Shown: in pieces, positions 19,748 through 28,628 of the stretch
How the letters are laid out: each line of letters begins with the position of its first letter
Numbering within the stretch: the first letter of the stretch is position 1
Origin: Trichormus sp. ATA11-4-KO1
GTDB lineage: Bacteria; Cyanobacteriota; Cyanobacteriia; Cyanobacteriales; Nostocaceae
Reading direction: 5' to 3'
NCBI GenBank assembly: GCA_019358915.1
Contig: JAHHIM010000073.1
Location: 1 to 64,000 of the forward strand
Length of the DNA: 64,000 bases
The notes under the pieces: model-generated
Told to the model about the DNA's origin: nothing
Databases searched by the model: none
What the model saw: only the letters and a program-made list of their open reading frames with translations
Translations under genes and position numbers: made by a program

Positions 19748-19970
19748 GACGAGTTTCACGCAGGGCTTTATGGTCAAAGTCAGGAGCGAACTGAATTTGC
19801 CCTGCGAGATCGAGTAAGTTTCTCCTGCGGCGCGATGCTCCAGAGGAGCCACTTCGTGAACGCACAAGTTCTTTCAGAGCAAGCTTGATCAGTTCTTCTT
19901 GAGTGGTAAGGTTGGTGAGTTGGAGTGCTTCGTTGATGAGGGCTTCGTCAAGATTAAGGGTAATTTGCAT
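19734..19970 (-). CDS. vapB: VapB-family antitoxin carrying a 24-nt in-frame insertion
   Basis: MQITLNLDEALINEA...LLDLAGQIQFAPDFDHKALR; overlaps vapC. Confidence 0.85.
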   Translation of the reverse strand: MQITLNLDEALINEALQLTNLTTQEELIKLALKELVRSRSGSSGASRRRRNLLDLAGQIQFAPDFDHKALRETRHAAD

Positions 19971-20118
19971 AGGACAACCACTAGAGAAACGGGGTTCAGG
20001 AGGAGTTGATTTGAATTTAGTGTAGCTGAACTTACGGATTGCCCCACACCACTGTCCTTACCAATTATATTCTGGGTGCTGTCCCACCTCACGGACAACC
20101 TTGAATGATGCCAAAGCT

Positions 20119-20469
20119 TCAAATGGTTTGCCGGGGAACTGCTGTGCTTTTATCTCCAGTATTAGGTGTTCCTGTCGGTTCAATCAGTAAAAGATGTACT
20201 TCTTCTTCTGCTACAGGTCGATGTTCCGTACCACGAGGCACTACAAAAAGCTCACCTGCTTCAAGATGGATATCTTGATCGCGCAATTGAATCGTTAAAC
20301 GCCCTTTAAGAACAAGGAAGAAGTCATCTGTCTCATCATGCTTATGCCAAACGAACTCATCTTTGACTTTAACAACCATGATGTCGTACTGGTTAAGTTG
20401 TGCAATAGTCTTTGGAGACCAATACTCTGAGAACTGAGAAAGTTTTTCGCTTAAGTTAATTTTGTCCAT
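20119..20469 (-). CDS. Cupin-domain protein
   Basis: FVWHKHDETDDFFLVLKG and GELFVVPRGTEHRP motifs; GAGGA RBS before ATG 20469. Confidence 0.88.
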   Translation of the reverse strand: MDKINLSEKLSQFSEYWSPKTIAQLNQYDIMVVKVKDEFVWHKHDETDDFFLVLKGRLTIQLRDQDIHLEAGELFVVPRGTEHRPVAEEEVHLLLIEPTGTPNTGDKSTAVPRQTI

Positions 20470-20596
20470 ATTGTCCTCTATCTCTAACTGCCTTAGCATT
20501 GACTCCTGCCTACTCGCTCGTGCAAATCAGATCCTGAAAGTGTAGCACCACTACCAAATGCTTCAAGCAACGAGTGCAAGACCTCTGTGCGGAGCT

Positions 20597-20682
20597 AGCT
20601 AACGATCCCAGTCAGCGGCTGCCAAGGACTTAAACTCAGCACCAGAGATGTTCTTCAGTCCGCTGCACTGGGCTTGTTATGC
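20597..20682 (-). mobile_element. attC-type integron cassette recombination site (86 bp)
   Basis: Minus strand: R'' GCATAAC, AAGCCC, L'' AGTGCAGC, GGAC ... L' GCTGACT, GGGATC, R' GTTAGCT. Unpaired G and A in the left arm; starts 7 bp after the upstream ORF stop. Confidence 0.78.
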
Positions 20683-20689
20683 AGCGGTA

Positions 20690-20971
20690 CTACTTACTCA
20701 ACAGTTGAACATCGACATAATTTACTAGCCATCTGCTCCATTGATCTATAAATAACAACCAGCGTTCACACTCGGTCGGCATAAAATTATTAGGAACTTT
20801 CCCATCCAGTATTTGCTCTACCCATTTGCGTATCTGAATGATTTGTTTCTGTAAATCGACCCGGTAACTTTCTTCATCTCGTAAAAATCCTTTGCCATGC
20901 GCTACTAAATTTCTTGAGCCAAAAGCAATATCTTTTATCTTTAAGTTTGAAAGTATTATACGGAAACTCAC
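20690..20971 (-). pseudogene. 5'-truncated HEPN-like (Rx4H) protein
   Basis: RNLVAH motif near the apparent N-terminus; the nominal GTG start lies inside a DNA palindrome and has no RBS. Confidence 0.45.
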
Positions 20972-21133
20972 CGTATAATCTTTATCTCAATCCGAATATA
21001 TCAAGCATTACAATCACTTCTGTCTGAGATATACGGAAAATTTCTTTTTTACGCCCCTATTTTAAATATTATACAGAATTGTTCCGTATAATTACCCCTC
21101 GCGGGAGGATTATATGGAATTGTTACCTATAAT
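20955..21133. repeat. Three 25-bp 9-7-9 palindromes ATTATACGG-N7-CCGTATAAT plus a half-site
   Basis: 20955-20979 perfect, 21068-21092 with 1 mismatch, 21109-21133 with 3 mismatches; half-site ATATACGGAAA at ~21029-21039. Confidence 0.85.
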
Positions 21134-21249
21134 CCTTGGTTTTATAACTGTGTCTTAGTCAAAACTCCAGTTACTCAGTGCTGAGTGCTAAGTGTAGTAA
21201 ATGATTTTTAAACCACTGAGACACAAAGAACGCAGAGAAACAAGCAGTT

Positions 21250-22140
21250 TTATGATTCAGCTGCATAGGGCCAGTTCTGCTCATCTAAAGTACCATTACG
21301 GGCAAAAATTTCAATAGCCTCACTTCTGGTCAAACTATTTTCAGATGCCAATTCTGCCAACTTTTCCCAAGCTGTATCTGTGAGTCTGATAGACCTGAGG
21401 TGTTTAGGCTCACAACCATAATCCATCTTAAATTTACCCGATGCAGTACGCTTGCGCCTGGAGGATTTCTGCCTTGTACCTGAATACTGATTGACAGTTG
21501 GCGTTTTGGGCAGTTGATTACTAGTTACTAAGTGAATTAAGTGAGCAATTAGGCGATCGCGCGACATCGGTAATAGTTGGTGACTATGTAGCATATTCTG
21601 AATAATGGTGAAATGTACTAATGTCCCCATAAAAATCCGCGCCGCTACTTCTGGGTCTGGTAGTTGCAGTTCTGGATGTTCTATAAAATATTGCGTTAGC
21701 ATTTCCAACGCAGGTTTGTGTATATTCCGCACAAACTCTTGCGCCAGCAGTGGGAAACGTCCAGACTCACCGATAATCAGCCTGACTAAATTCAATACTT
21801 CCTGTTGTTCGGTCATCCGCACCAAAATGTTGGCTGCTAAACGGCGCAAAACAGTTTGAGGTTCTCCTTCCAGGAAATGCGGGTCTTGGGGATTAAATAC
21901 TGCCCGAAAATTTTCCTGAGCCAGTTGCTCAATCAGTGCAATAAATAATCTTTCCTTATCTTGAAAGTAGCTGTAGACCGTGGTTTTGGATACTCCTGCT
22001 GCTGCTGTCACTTTATCCATTGTGGTAGCAGCATAGCCATTTGCTAGAAATTCTTGCATGGCACCAGCGAGAATCGCATCAACTTTCTCTGGTGACAGCA
22101 AACGTTCTCCCTGATTACTTTGTGTCTGTTTCTTTTTCAT
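21250..22140 (-). CDS. TetR-family regulator with an extra C-terminal ribbon-helix-helix-like domain
   Basis: TetR HTH (TTMDKVTAAAGVSKTTVYSYF); C-terminal LRSIRLTDTAWEKLAELASENSLTRSEAIEIFAR; divergent from the devBCA-like operon. Confidence 0.85.
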   Translation of the reverse strand: MKKKQTQSNQGERLLSPEKVDAILAGAMQEFLANGYAATTMDKVTAAAGVSKTTVYSYFQDKERLFIALIEQLAQENFRAVFNPQDPHFLEGEPQTVLRRLAANILVRMTEQQEVLNLVRLIIGESGRFPLLAQEFVRNIHKPALEMLTQYFIEHPELQLPDPEVAARIFMGTLVHFTIIQNMLHSHQLLPMSRDRLIAHLIHLVTSNQLPKTPTVNQYSGTRQKSSRRKRTASGKFKMDYGCEPKHLRSIRLTDTAWEKLAELASENSLTRSEAIEIFARNGTLDEQNWPYAAES

Positions 22141-22158
22141 TTTTTGATTTTGAGACGC

Positions 22159-22226
22159 TTGACATAACTGTAATGTACAGTTTAGTTTAGTTTAGTTACA
22201 TAAAAAGTAAACTATTTAGTTTACTT
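22159..22226. promoter_or_regulatory. Promoter/operator region of the devBCA-like operon
   Basis: TTGACA at 22159-22164; palindromes AACTGTA-ATG-TACAGTT (22166-22182) and AAGTAAACTA-TT-TAGTTTACTT (22205-22226). Confidence 0.65.
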
Positions 22227-22235
22227 ACACGTAAA

Positions 22236-23549
22236 ATGAGGGGGCTTATGGTACCTGATAGTACAGCTAAAGGTTCCGCATTTTTTAAGCCTAGCTCTCG
22301 CCAACTAATCATGTTGGCAGTAGCTACAAGTTTGGCGATCGCCGGCACAAAAGGTTACAAGTTTTGGCAATCACAACCGTCTGAAACCACTCCCACTTCC
22401 CAGGTGAGCATACCTCAAATTAAAACGGTGACTGCCTTAGGTAGATTAGAACCCAAGGGAAAAGCGATTAAACTTTCCGCGCCTGCATCTAGTCAAGGTA
22501 GTCGGGTAGAGAAGCTATTAGTCAAGGAAGGAGATCAAGTTAAAGCTGGACAGGCGATCGCTATTTTAGATAATCGCGATCGTTTACAAGCAGCGTTACA
22601 AGAAGCTGAAGAAGCCGTGAAAGTAGCACAAATAAACCTAGCAAAAGTGCAAGAAGGTGCCAAATTCGGTGAAATAGAAGCGCAAAAAGCCGAAATGGCG
22701 CGTATTCAAGCACAGACTCTAGGGGATGAAAGGCAACAAAGGGAAACAGTCACCAGGTTAGAAGTACAGTGGCAAGGAGAGAAAACGGCACAACAAGCCA
22801 CAATTAAGAAACTAGAAGCAGAACTGAAAAATGCCCAAGTAGAATTTCAACGCTATCAGCAGCTGTACTCTGAAGGAGCAATTTCCCAGTCTTTATTTGA
22901 TGGTAAGCGTCTGAATGTAGACACCATAACCCAGCAATTGAGTGAAGCCAGAGCTATTCTCAACCGCATTGATGGCACCGGTCGCCAGCAAATTACCGAA
23001 GCTAAAACAGTTTTGGCGCGAATTCAAGCAACTGGCAGCCAGCAAGCCAATGTCGCCGCCGCTACATTAGACCGCATCGCCGAAGTCCGTCCGGTAGATG
23101 TCGCTGGGGCAAAAGCAGAAGTTAGGCGCGCCATAGCAGCCGCAAAACAAGCAAAGGCTAACTTGGATCAAGCTTATGTAATCTCACCCCAAGATGGTGT
23201 GATATTTGATATTTATACACGCCCCGGTGAAATGGTATCCAGTGACGGCATTGTCGAGATTGGGCAAACCAAGCAGATGTATGCAGTTGTGGAAATTTAT
23301 CAAAGCGATGTCAGCAAAGTACAACCTCAACAACGAGTAAGAATATCTAGTAATTCTTTACCAGGTGAATTACTCGGAACAGTAGATTGGGTAGGTTGGA
23401 AAGTGCAACAGCAGAACATTATCAACAGTGACCCCACGGAGAATATTGACTCTAGAGTTGTGGAAGCGCATGTGCAACTAGATGACATATCCAGCCAGAA
23501 AGCTGCCAAATTTACCAATTTACAAGTTAAGGCGGTGATTGAACTGTGA
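22236..23549 (+). CDS. DevB-family ABC exporter membrane fusion protein
   Basis: TALGRLEP, LLVKEGDQVKAGQ and RVVEAHVQLD motifs; long coiled coil. Confidence 0.88.
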   Translation: MRGLMVPDSTAKGSAFFKPSSRQLIMLAVATSLAIAGTKGYKFWQSQPSETTPTSQVSIPQIKTVTALGRLEPKGKAIKLSAPASSQGSRVEKLLVKEGDQVKAGQAIAILDNRDRLQAALQEAEEAVKVAQINLAKVQEGAKFGEIEAQKAEMARIQAQTLGDERQQRETVTRLEVQWQGEKTAQQATIKKLEAELKNAQVEFQRYQQLYSEGAISQSLFDGKRLNVDTITQQLSEARAILNRIDGTGRQQITEAKTVLARIQATGSQQANVAAATLDRIAEVRPVDVAGAKAEVRRAIAAAKQAKANLDQAYVISPQDGVIFDIYTRPGEMVSSDGIVEIGQTKQMYAVVEIYQSDVSKVQPQQRVRISSNSLPGELLGTVDWVGWKVQQQNIINSDPTENIDSRVVEAHVQLDDISSQKAAKFTNLQVKAVIEL

Positions 23550-24724
23550 GCGAATTCATCAAAGAACTACAACGGCGAACACCTTTAGGATGGCTACAAC
23601 TCAGCCATCACAAAAGTCGTCTGTTTGTCGCTTTAGCAGGTATTGCCTTTGCAGATGTCCTTATGTTTATGCAGTTGGGCTTTCAGAATGCTCTATATGA
23701 CAGCAACACTAGGTTAAATCGAGCTTTGCTAGCAGACATCATTTTAATGAGTCCTCAAAGCCGCAACATGCAAAACATGTCTACTTTTTCACGGCGGCGA
23801 TTGTTTCAGGCATCTGATGTCCCAGGTGTACAATCAGCTACAGCCATGTATATCGGTTTAGTTACTTGGAAGAATCCTCAAACACGTCGTCAAACGACAG
23901 TACAAGCTATTGGGATAACTCCTGAGCAGCCTGCTTTCGACTTACCAGAATTAAATGCTCAATTAGACAAGATTAAACTACCAGATTTCTTTGTCTTTGA
24001 CCGTGGAGCCAGAGGAGAATACCAAGAAGTTTTTCGCCAAATTGACGCAGGTAAAACTGTATCAACAGAAGTAGATAAACGTACCATTACCATTAGTGGT
24101 GCATTTAAATTAGGCGCATCCTTTGGTGCTGATGGCACATTAATTTCCAGCGATGAAAATTTTTTACGGCTATTTCCCAGACGACAAGCAGGAAGTATCA
24201 GCCTGGGCTTAATTAATATTCAACCAGGCTATGACTCGCAGCAGGTAGCAGCAGCATTAAGATTGCACCTGCAAAATGAGGACGTTAAGGTGCTAACACG
24301 GGAGGAATTCATCAAATTTGAGGAAGATTACTGGAAAACTGACAGTCCCATTGGTTTTATCTTTAGTTTGGGCGTATCTATGGGATTTATTGTCGGTGTG
24401 ATTATTGTCTATCAAGTTCTTTCTACTGACGTGAATGCTCACCTGAAAGAATATGCCACCTTCAAAGCCATGGGTTATCGCAATTCATATCTGTTAGGCG
24501 TGATTTTTGAAGAAGCCATTATTTTAGCCGTGCTGGGTTTTATTCCAGGATTGATTGTGCCTTTGGGGCTTTACCAGTTGGCTCGCAATGCGACAAATTT
24601 ACCAGTATATATGACTTTATTACGGGCAGTGGTTGTGTTATTGCTGACAATTATTATGTGTGCTATTTCAGGAATTATAGCCACTCAGAAATTACAATCT
24701 GCTGACCCTGCCGATATGTTTTAG
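23546..24724 (+). CDS. DevC-family ABC transporter permease
   Basis: RRTPLGWLQL, FMQLGFQNAL, EYATFKAMGY and ADPADMF motifs. Confidence 0.9.
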   Translation: MSEFIKELQRRTPLGWLQLSHHKSRLFVALAGIAFADVLMFMQLGFQNALYDSNTRLNRALLADIILMSPQSRNMQNMSTFSRRRLFQASDVPGVQSATAMYIGLVTWKNPQTRRQTTVQAIGITPEQPAFDLPELNAQLDKIKLPDFFVFDRGARGEYQEVFRQIDAGKTVSTEVDKRTITISGAFKLGASFGADGTLISSDENFLRLFPRRQAGSISLGLINIQPGYDSQQVAAALRLHLQNEDVKVLTREEFIKFEEDYWKTDSPIGFIFSLGVSMGFIVGVIIVYQVLSTDVNAHLKEYATFKAMGYRNSYLLGVIFEEAIILAVLGFIPGLIVPLGLYQLARNATNLPVYMTLLRAVVVLLLTIIMCAISGIIATQKLQSADPADMF

Positions 24725-24763
24725 GGAGTGTGAGAGTGTGGGAATTACAAATAATTATTGCTT

Positions 24764-25465
24764 ATGATTCCAGTTATTTCCATTCAAAATCTTGATCATT
24801 ATTTTGGTAGTGGTCAACTGAGTAAGCAAGTTTTATTCAATATCAATCTCACAATTAATGCAGGTGAAATTGTAATTATGACTGGGCCTTCTGGGTCTGG
24901 GAAAACTACACTGCTGACCTTAGTGGGAGGGTTGCGTTCTGCCCAATCTGGTAGTTTGCAGGTTTTAGGCAGAGAACTTTGTGGTGCTAGTCCTGAACAG
25001 TTAATCCAGGCGCGGCGAAGTAATGGTTATATCTTTCAAGCTCATAACTTGCATGGTAGTTTAACAGTACTCCAGAATGTGCGGATGGGTTTGGAAGTAC
25101 AACCAAAAATTTCGCCGCAAGAAATGCTTAGTCAATCACAAGAAATACTAGAGGCGGTGGGTTTAGGACAGCGCCTCAATTACTATCCAGATAATTTATC
25201 TGGTGGACAAAAACAACGGGTAGCGATCGCCAGAGCATTGGTGAGTCAGCCTAAAATTGTCTTAGCTGATGAACCCACTGCGGCACTCGATAAACAATCG
25301 GGGCGCGATGTTGTGGAAATTATGCAGAAATTAGCGAAAGAGCAAGGCTGTACAATTTTGCTCGTGACCCACGACAACCGCATTTTAGATATCGCCGACC
25401 GTATTATCTACATGGAGGATGGCCATCTCGTTAGAGATGGTGTAACTAGTTTAACTAGTACTTAA
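24764..25465 (+). CDS. DevA-family ABC transporter ATP-binding protein
   Basis: GPSGSGKT, LSGGQKQR, LADEPT and VTHD motifs. Confidence 0.92.
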   Translation: MIPVISIQNLDHYFGSGQLSKQVLFNINLTINAGEIVIMTGPSGSGKTTLLTLVGGLRSAQSGSLQVLGRELCGASPEQLIQARRSNGYIFQAHNLHGSLTVLQNVRMGLEVQPKISPQEMLSQSQEILEAVGLGQRLNYYPDNLSGGQKQRVAIARALVSQPKIVLADEPTAALDKQSGRDVVEIMQKLAKEQGCTILLVTHDNRILDIADRIIYMEDGHLVRDGVTSLTST

Positions 25466-25571
25466 TGCTGAGTAGAAATTGTTTTACTAGACACCCTAGA
25501 TGGTATCTTTACTTAGCACTCCCCTTCGACTTCGCTCAGGGCAAGAAGCGCACTCAGCACTCAGCACTCTT

Positions 25572-26531
25572 CTAGCCACCCCAGATTTTATCCAAAACTG
25601 TTTTGGGTGAGATGTCGGCCATTTTACCTGTAGGTGATTTAATAGCCAGGAATTTATCGCTTTTTGGTAACAATTTTTCTGGATCTGTAGAGCCAAACAG
25701 GGCGATAGTATAGGTTTGTACTGCTACACTTAGGTGCATAGGTACATCATCGGTAGATAACATTAAACTTGCTCCGCCAATCATGGCAGCTAACTTGCCA
25801 ATATTATCTGGAGAAGTAACCTTGATGTCTGGACAAAACTCCAAAAGCGATCGCACAAATTTTTCATTTTCAGATAATTGAATCACCACCACAGGCAAAT
25901 CTGGCTGCTTGTGACGAAAGTCTTGAATAATTTGTTGCCAATTCTCTACAGGGTAGATAGTATCCCCAGCTAAAGATGAGGACATCTCATTAGAACCGCC
26001 ATAAATCAAGATGTAGCTAGTTTCATTTACCCCCAAGCGTTTTTGTTCATGTTGTGCCCACTCAATATCTGGCTTTGGCAAATTCACCGCTAATTCTGGA
26101 CAAGGAGTTTGCATACCCAACGCTTGCAACAAGTCGTGGTATGCAACTGTCCTATACTGGGATGGTCTAAAAGGCACAGCATAGGTCAGAAAAACCGCTC
26201 CTTTACCTTGGTAGCCAATGCGGGCGGGAATACCAGTCAACCAGAGTAACAAACCCATCAACCAGCTTTTTCCAGTAGTAATGGCGACATCATACTCGCG
26301 ATCGCGAATCATGCCCACCAAATTGCTCCAATCTGCTAGACTGTTGCGGTCTTTATAATCAAAGGTCAGTACATTATTAACTGACTTGCTCACCCGGTAG
26401 GCAGCCTTTGACCGGGGTTCAACAACGACATCTATTTGAGCGTTAGGGTAATAGCGCTTCAGTTCATCTAGAGTCGGGAAGAAAAGAATTTGGTCGCCAA
26501 TTCCACCAGGTACAAGGGCTACTACTCGCAT
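25572..26531 (-). CDS. Glycosyltransferase family 9 protein
   Basis: GGIGDQIL, PMHLSVAV and IALFGSTDP motifs. Confidence 0.88.
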   Translation of the reverse strand: MRVVALVPGGIGDQILFFPTLDELKRYYPNAQIDVVVEPRSKAAYRVSKSVNNVLTFDYKDRNSLADWSNLVGMIRDREYDVAITTGKSWLMGLLLWLTGIPARIGYQGKGAVFLTYAVPFRPSQYRTVAYHDLLQALGMQTPCPELAVNLPKPDIEWAQHEQKRLGVNETSYILIYGGSNEMSSSLAGDTIYPVENWQQIIQDFRHKQPDLPVVVIQLSENEKFVRSLLEFCPDIKVTSPDNIGKLAAMIGGASLMLSTDDVPMHLSVAVQTYTIALFGSTDPEKLLPKSDKFLAIKSPTGKMADISPKTVLDKIWGG

Positions 26532-26711
26532 AATATTTATTGACGCGTACTCGCTCCCTATTTTAGGGGAATATAGGTATTAGTAATTGAGGATTTGGTA
26601 TTAGGTTTTAGGAAATAGCGAGTAGGTTATAGGGGACAGGGGACAGGGGACAGGGGGAGAGAATCATATATTTTCCTTCCCATCTCCCCATTTTCCAAAT
26701 TGAGGTGTTTT

Positions 26712-27395
26712 GTGTATTTACTAATTCCAGCAGCCGGAACAGGGAAAAGAATGGGCAGTACCCGCAATAAACTACTGCTCGAAGTGCGATCGCAACCAAT
26801 TATTGCTTGGACTCTGAAAGCTGCCGCCGCAGCTAGTACAATCAAGTGGATCGGAATTATTTCTCAACCCAATGATTGGCCAGACTTTAAGGCAATTCTC
26901 GCTGAACTGAAGTTGACTAAACCAGTAGAATTGATTACTGGTGGTTCCACACGCCAAGAATCGGTTCACAACGGTTTGCAGGCACTACCAGCAGCCGCAG
27001 AGCAAGTTTTAATTCATGATGGCGCTAGATGTCTAGTAACACCGGATTTACTCGATTCATGTGCCCATGCCATACGCCAATGTTCTGGTTTAATTGCTGC
27101 TGTGCCTGTGAAAGACACCATCAAAGTTGTTGATGAAAATGGCATAATTCAAAGCACACCCGACCGGAGACAATTGTGGGCGGCACAAACTCCCCAAGGA
27201 TTTAATGTTAAGTTGTTGAAACAGTGCCACACCGAAGGCATTCGTCAGGGATGGGAAGTCACTGATGATGCTGCTTTATTTGAAAGATGCGGTATCCAAG
27301 TCCAAATTGTTGCAGGAGAGGAGACTAATTTAAAAGTGACCACTCCTCAAGATTTAGCGATCGCGGAATTTATCCTCAGTAACCGAGGCTGGTGA
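26712..27395 (+). CDS. ispD: 2-C-methyl-D-erythritol 4-phosphate cytidylyltransferase
   Basis: IPAAGTGKRMG, RQESV, LIHDGAR, AQTPQ, VTDDA and NLKVTTP motifs; probable GTG start at 26712. Confidence 0.95.
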   Translation: MYLLIPAAGTGKRMGSTRNKLLLEVRSQPIIAWTLKAAAAASTIKWIGIISQPNDWPDFKAILAELKLTKPVELITGGSTRQESVHNGLQALPAAAEQVLIHDGARCLVTPDLLDSCAHAIRQCSGLIAAVPVKDTIKVVDENGIIQSTPDRRQLWAAQTPQGFNVKLLKQCHTEGIRQGWEVTDDAALFERCGIQVQIVAGEETNLKVTTPQDLAIAEFILSNRGW

Positions 27396-27533
27396 TGCCG
27401 GGACTGAGATTTTTATAATTATTCTTTTTTTGAATATTTATGATATAATCCCACACAATTTTGATGGGCAAGTGTCAGTTATTTATTTTTATAAATAATG
27501 ACCTAATGACTAATGACCAATGACTAATGACTA

Positions 27534-28094
27534 ATGACTACAGCAACTAAGATAGAAGCGATTCTCTATTTAAAGGGTAAACCCTTGTCACTCGGCGAAA
27601 TTGCCGAATATGCCGCGTGCGATCGCGCCACAGTTCAAGAAGGCATAATGGAACTAATCGACAGTTATGCCCACCGAGATAGCGCCTTAGAAGTTGTAGA
27701 AACCCCAAATGGTTATAGTCTGCAACTGCGATCTGATTTTCATGACCTAGTGCAAACCCTGATTCCTCTAGAATTAGGACTAGGTGCATTACGAACTTTA
27801 GCAGCGATCGCCCTGAATAGCCCCATACTCCAAAGCGATTTAATTGATTTGCGTGGTTCAGGAGTATATCAACATGTTCCCGAATTGGTCGAACTGGGTT
27901 TTGTGCGGAAACGCCGAGACAATGATTCTCGCTCTTACTCGTTACAAATAACACCGAAATTTCATCAGTATTTCCAAATTGAGCAGTTGCCCCAAATATT
28001 AGACCGCAGCCAGAAGGAAGAACAACTAGAACTAGATTTAACACTTCAGGAAGAGGGAGTAGGTTACAGGGGACAAGGGGACAAGAAAAATTAA
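27534..28094 (+). CDS. scpB: SMC-Scp complex subunit ScpB
   Basis: KIEAILY, ALRTLAAIA and LIDLRG motifs; ATG lies within an (ATGACTA)n tract. Confidence 0.9.
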   Translation: MTTATKIEAILYLKGKPLSLGEIAEYAACDRATVQEGIMELIDSYAHRDSALEVVETPNGYSLQLRSDFHDLVQTLIPLELGLGALRTLAAIALNSPILQSDLIDLRGSGVYQHVPELVELGFVRKRRDNDSRSYSLQITPKFHQYFQIEQLPQILDRSQKEEQLELDLTLQEEGVGYRGQGDKKN

Positions 28095-28230
28095 AGCCAA
28101 ACTTTCTCCCTATCCCCCCATCCCCCATCTCCCCATCCTCCCCTCACTCCCCATTCCCCACCTACGGAGAATGCACTACCCCTGTACTATGGTTTAGAGT
28201 AGAATCAGCAATTAAGCTAAAAATTTGCCC

Positions 28231-28578
28231 ATGGTGTTTGACCCTGACTTTCTCAATGACAACTCTGAGGACAACCACAATCAGCTTCTGAACGACCATT
28301 TTGAGGAAAATCCCAATCAGTTACTCAAATATCTACAGCATCAGCCTCCTGAAGTTCTAGCCCGCGTCGCTCAGTCCGTCAGCCCGGAAATTAAACAAAT
28401 AATTTCGCAAAATGTCCAAGGGCTAGTGGGTATGCTTCCCGCAGAAAACTTCAACGTGCAAATTACCACAGATAGGGATAACTTAGCTGGGCTACTAGCA
28501 TCAGCGATGATGACTGGATATTTCCTCCGCCAAATGGAGCAAAGGATGCAATTAGAACATTTGTCTAATAATCAATAG
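28231..28578 (+). CDS. DUF760 domain protein
   Basis: NQLLKYLQ, GLVGMLP and LASAMMTGYFLRQME motifs. Confidence 0.85.
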   Translation: MVFDPDFLNDNSEDNHNQLLNDHFEENPNQLLKYLQHQPPEVLARVAQSVSPEIKQIISQNVQGLVGMLPAENFNVQITTDRDNLAGLLASAMMTGYFLRQMEQRMQLEHLSNNQ

Positions 28579-28628
28579 CTAATCACCAAAAATCTGCCGA
28601 CCATAGGCTCTAAAGTCAAGAGTATCAA

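Noticed and set aside
19748..19867. 40-aa N-terminal extension of VapC
   Set aside because: Overlaps vapB in another frame; the PIN domain starts at MLLIDTS.
20955..21133. dif/XerCD site or CRISPR repeats
   Set aside because: The arms are symmetric with a 7-bp spacer and lack the XerD arm TTATGTTAAAT; the spacing between copies is irregular.
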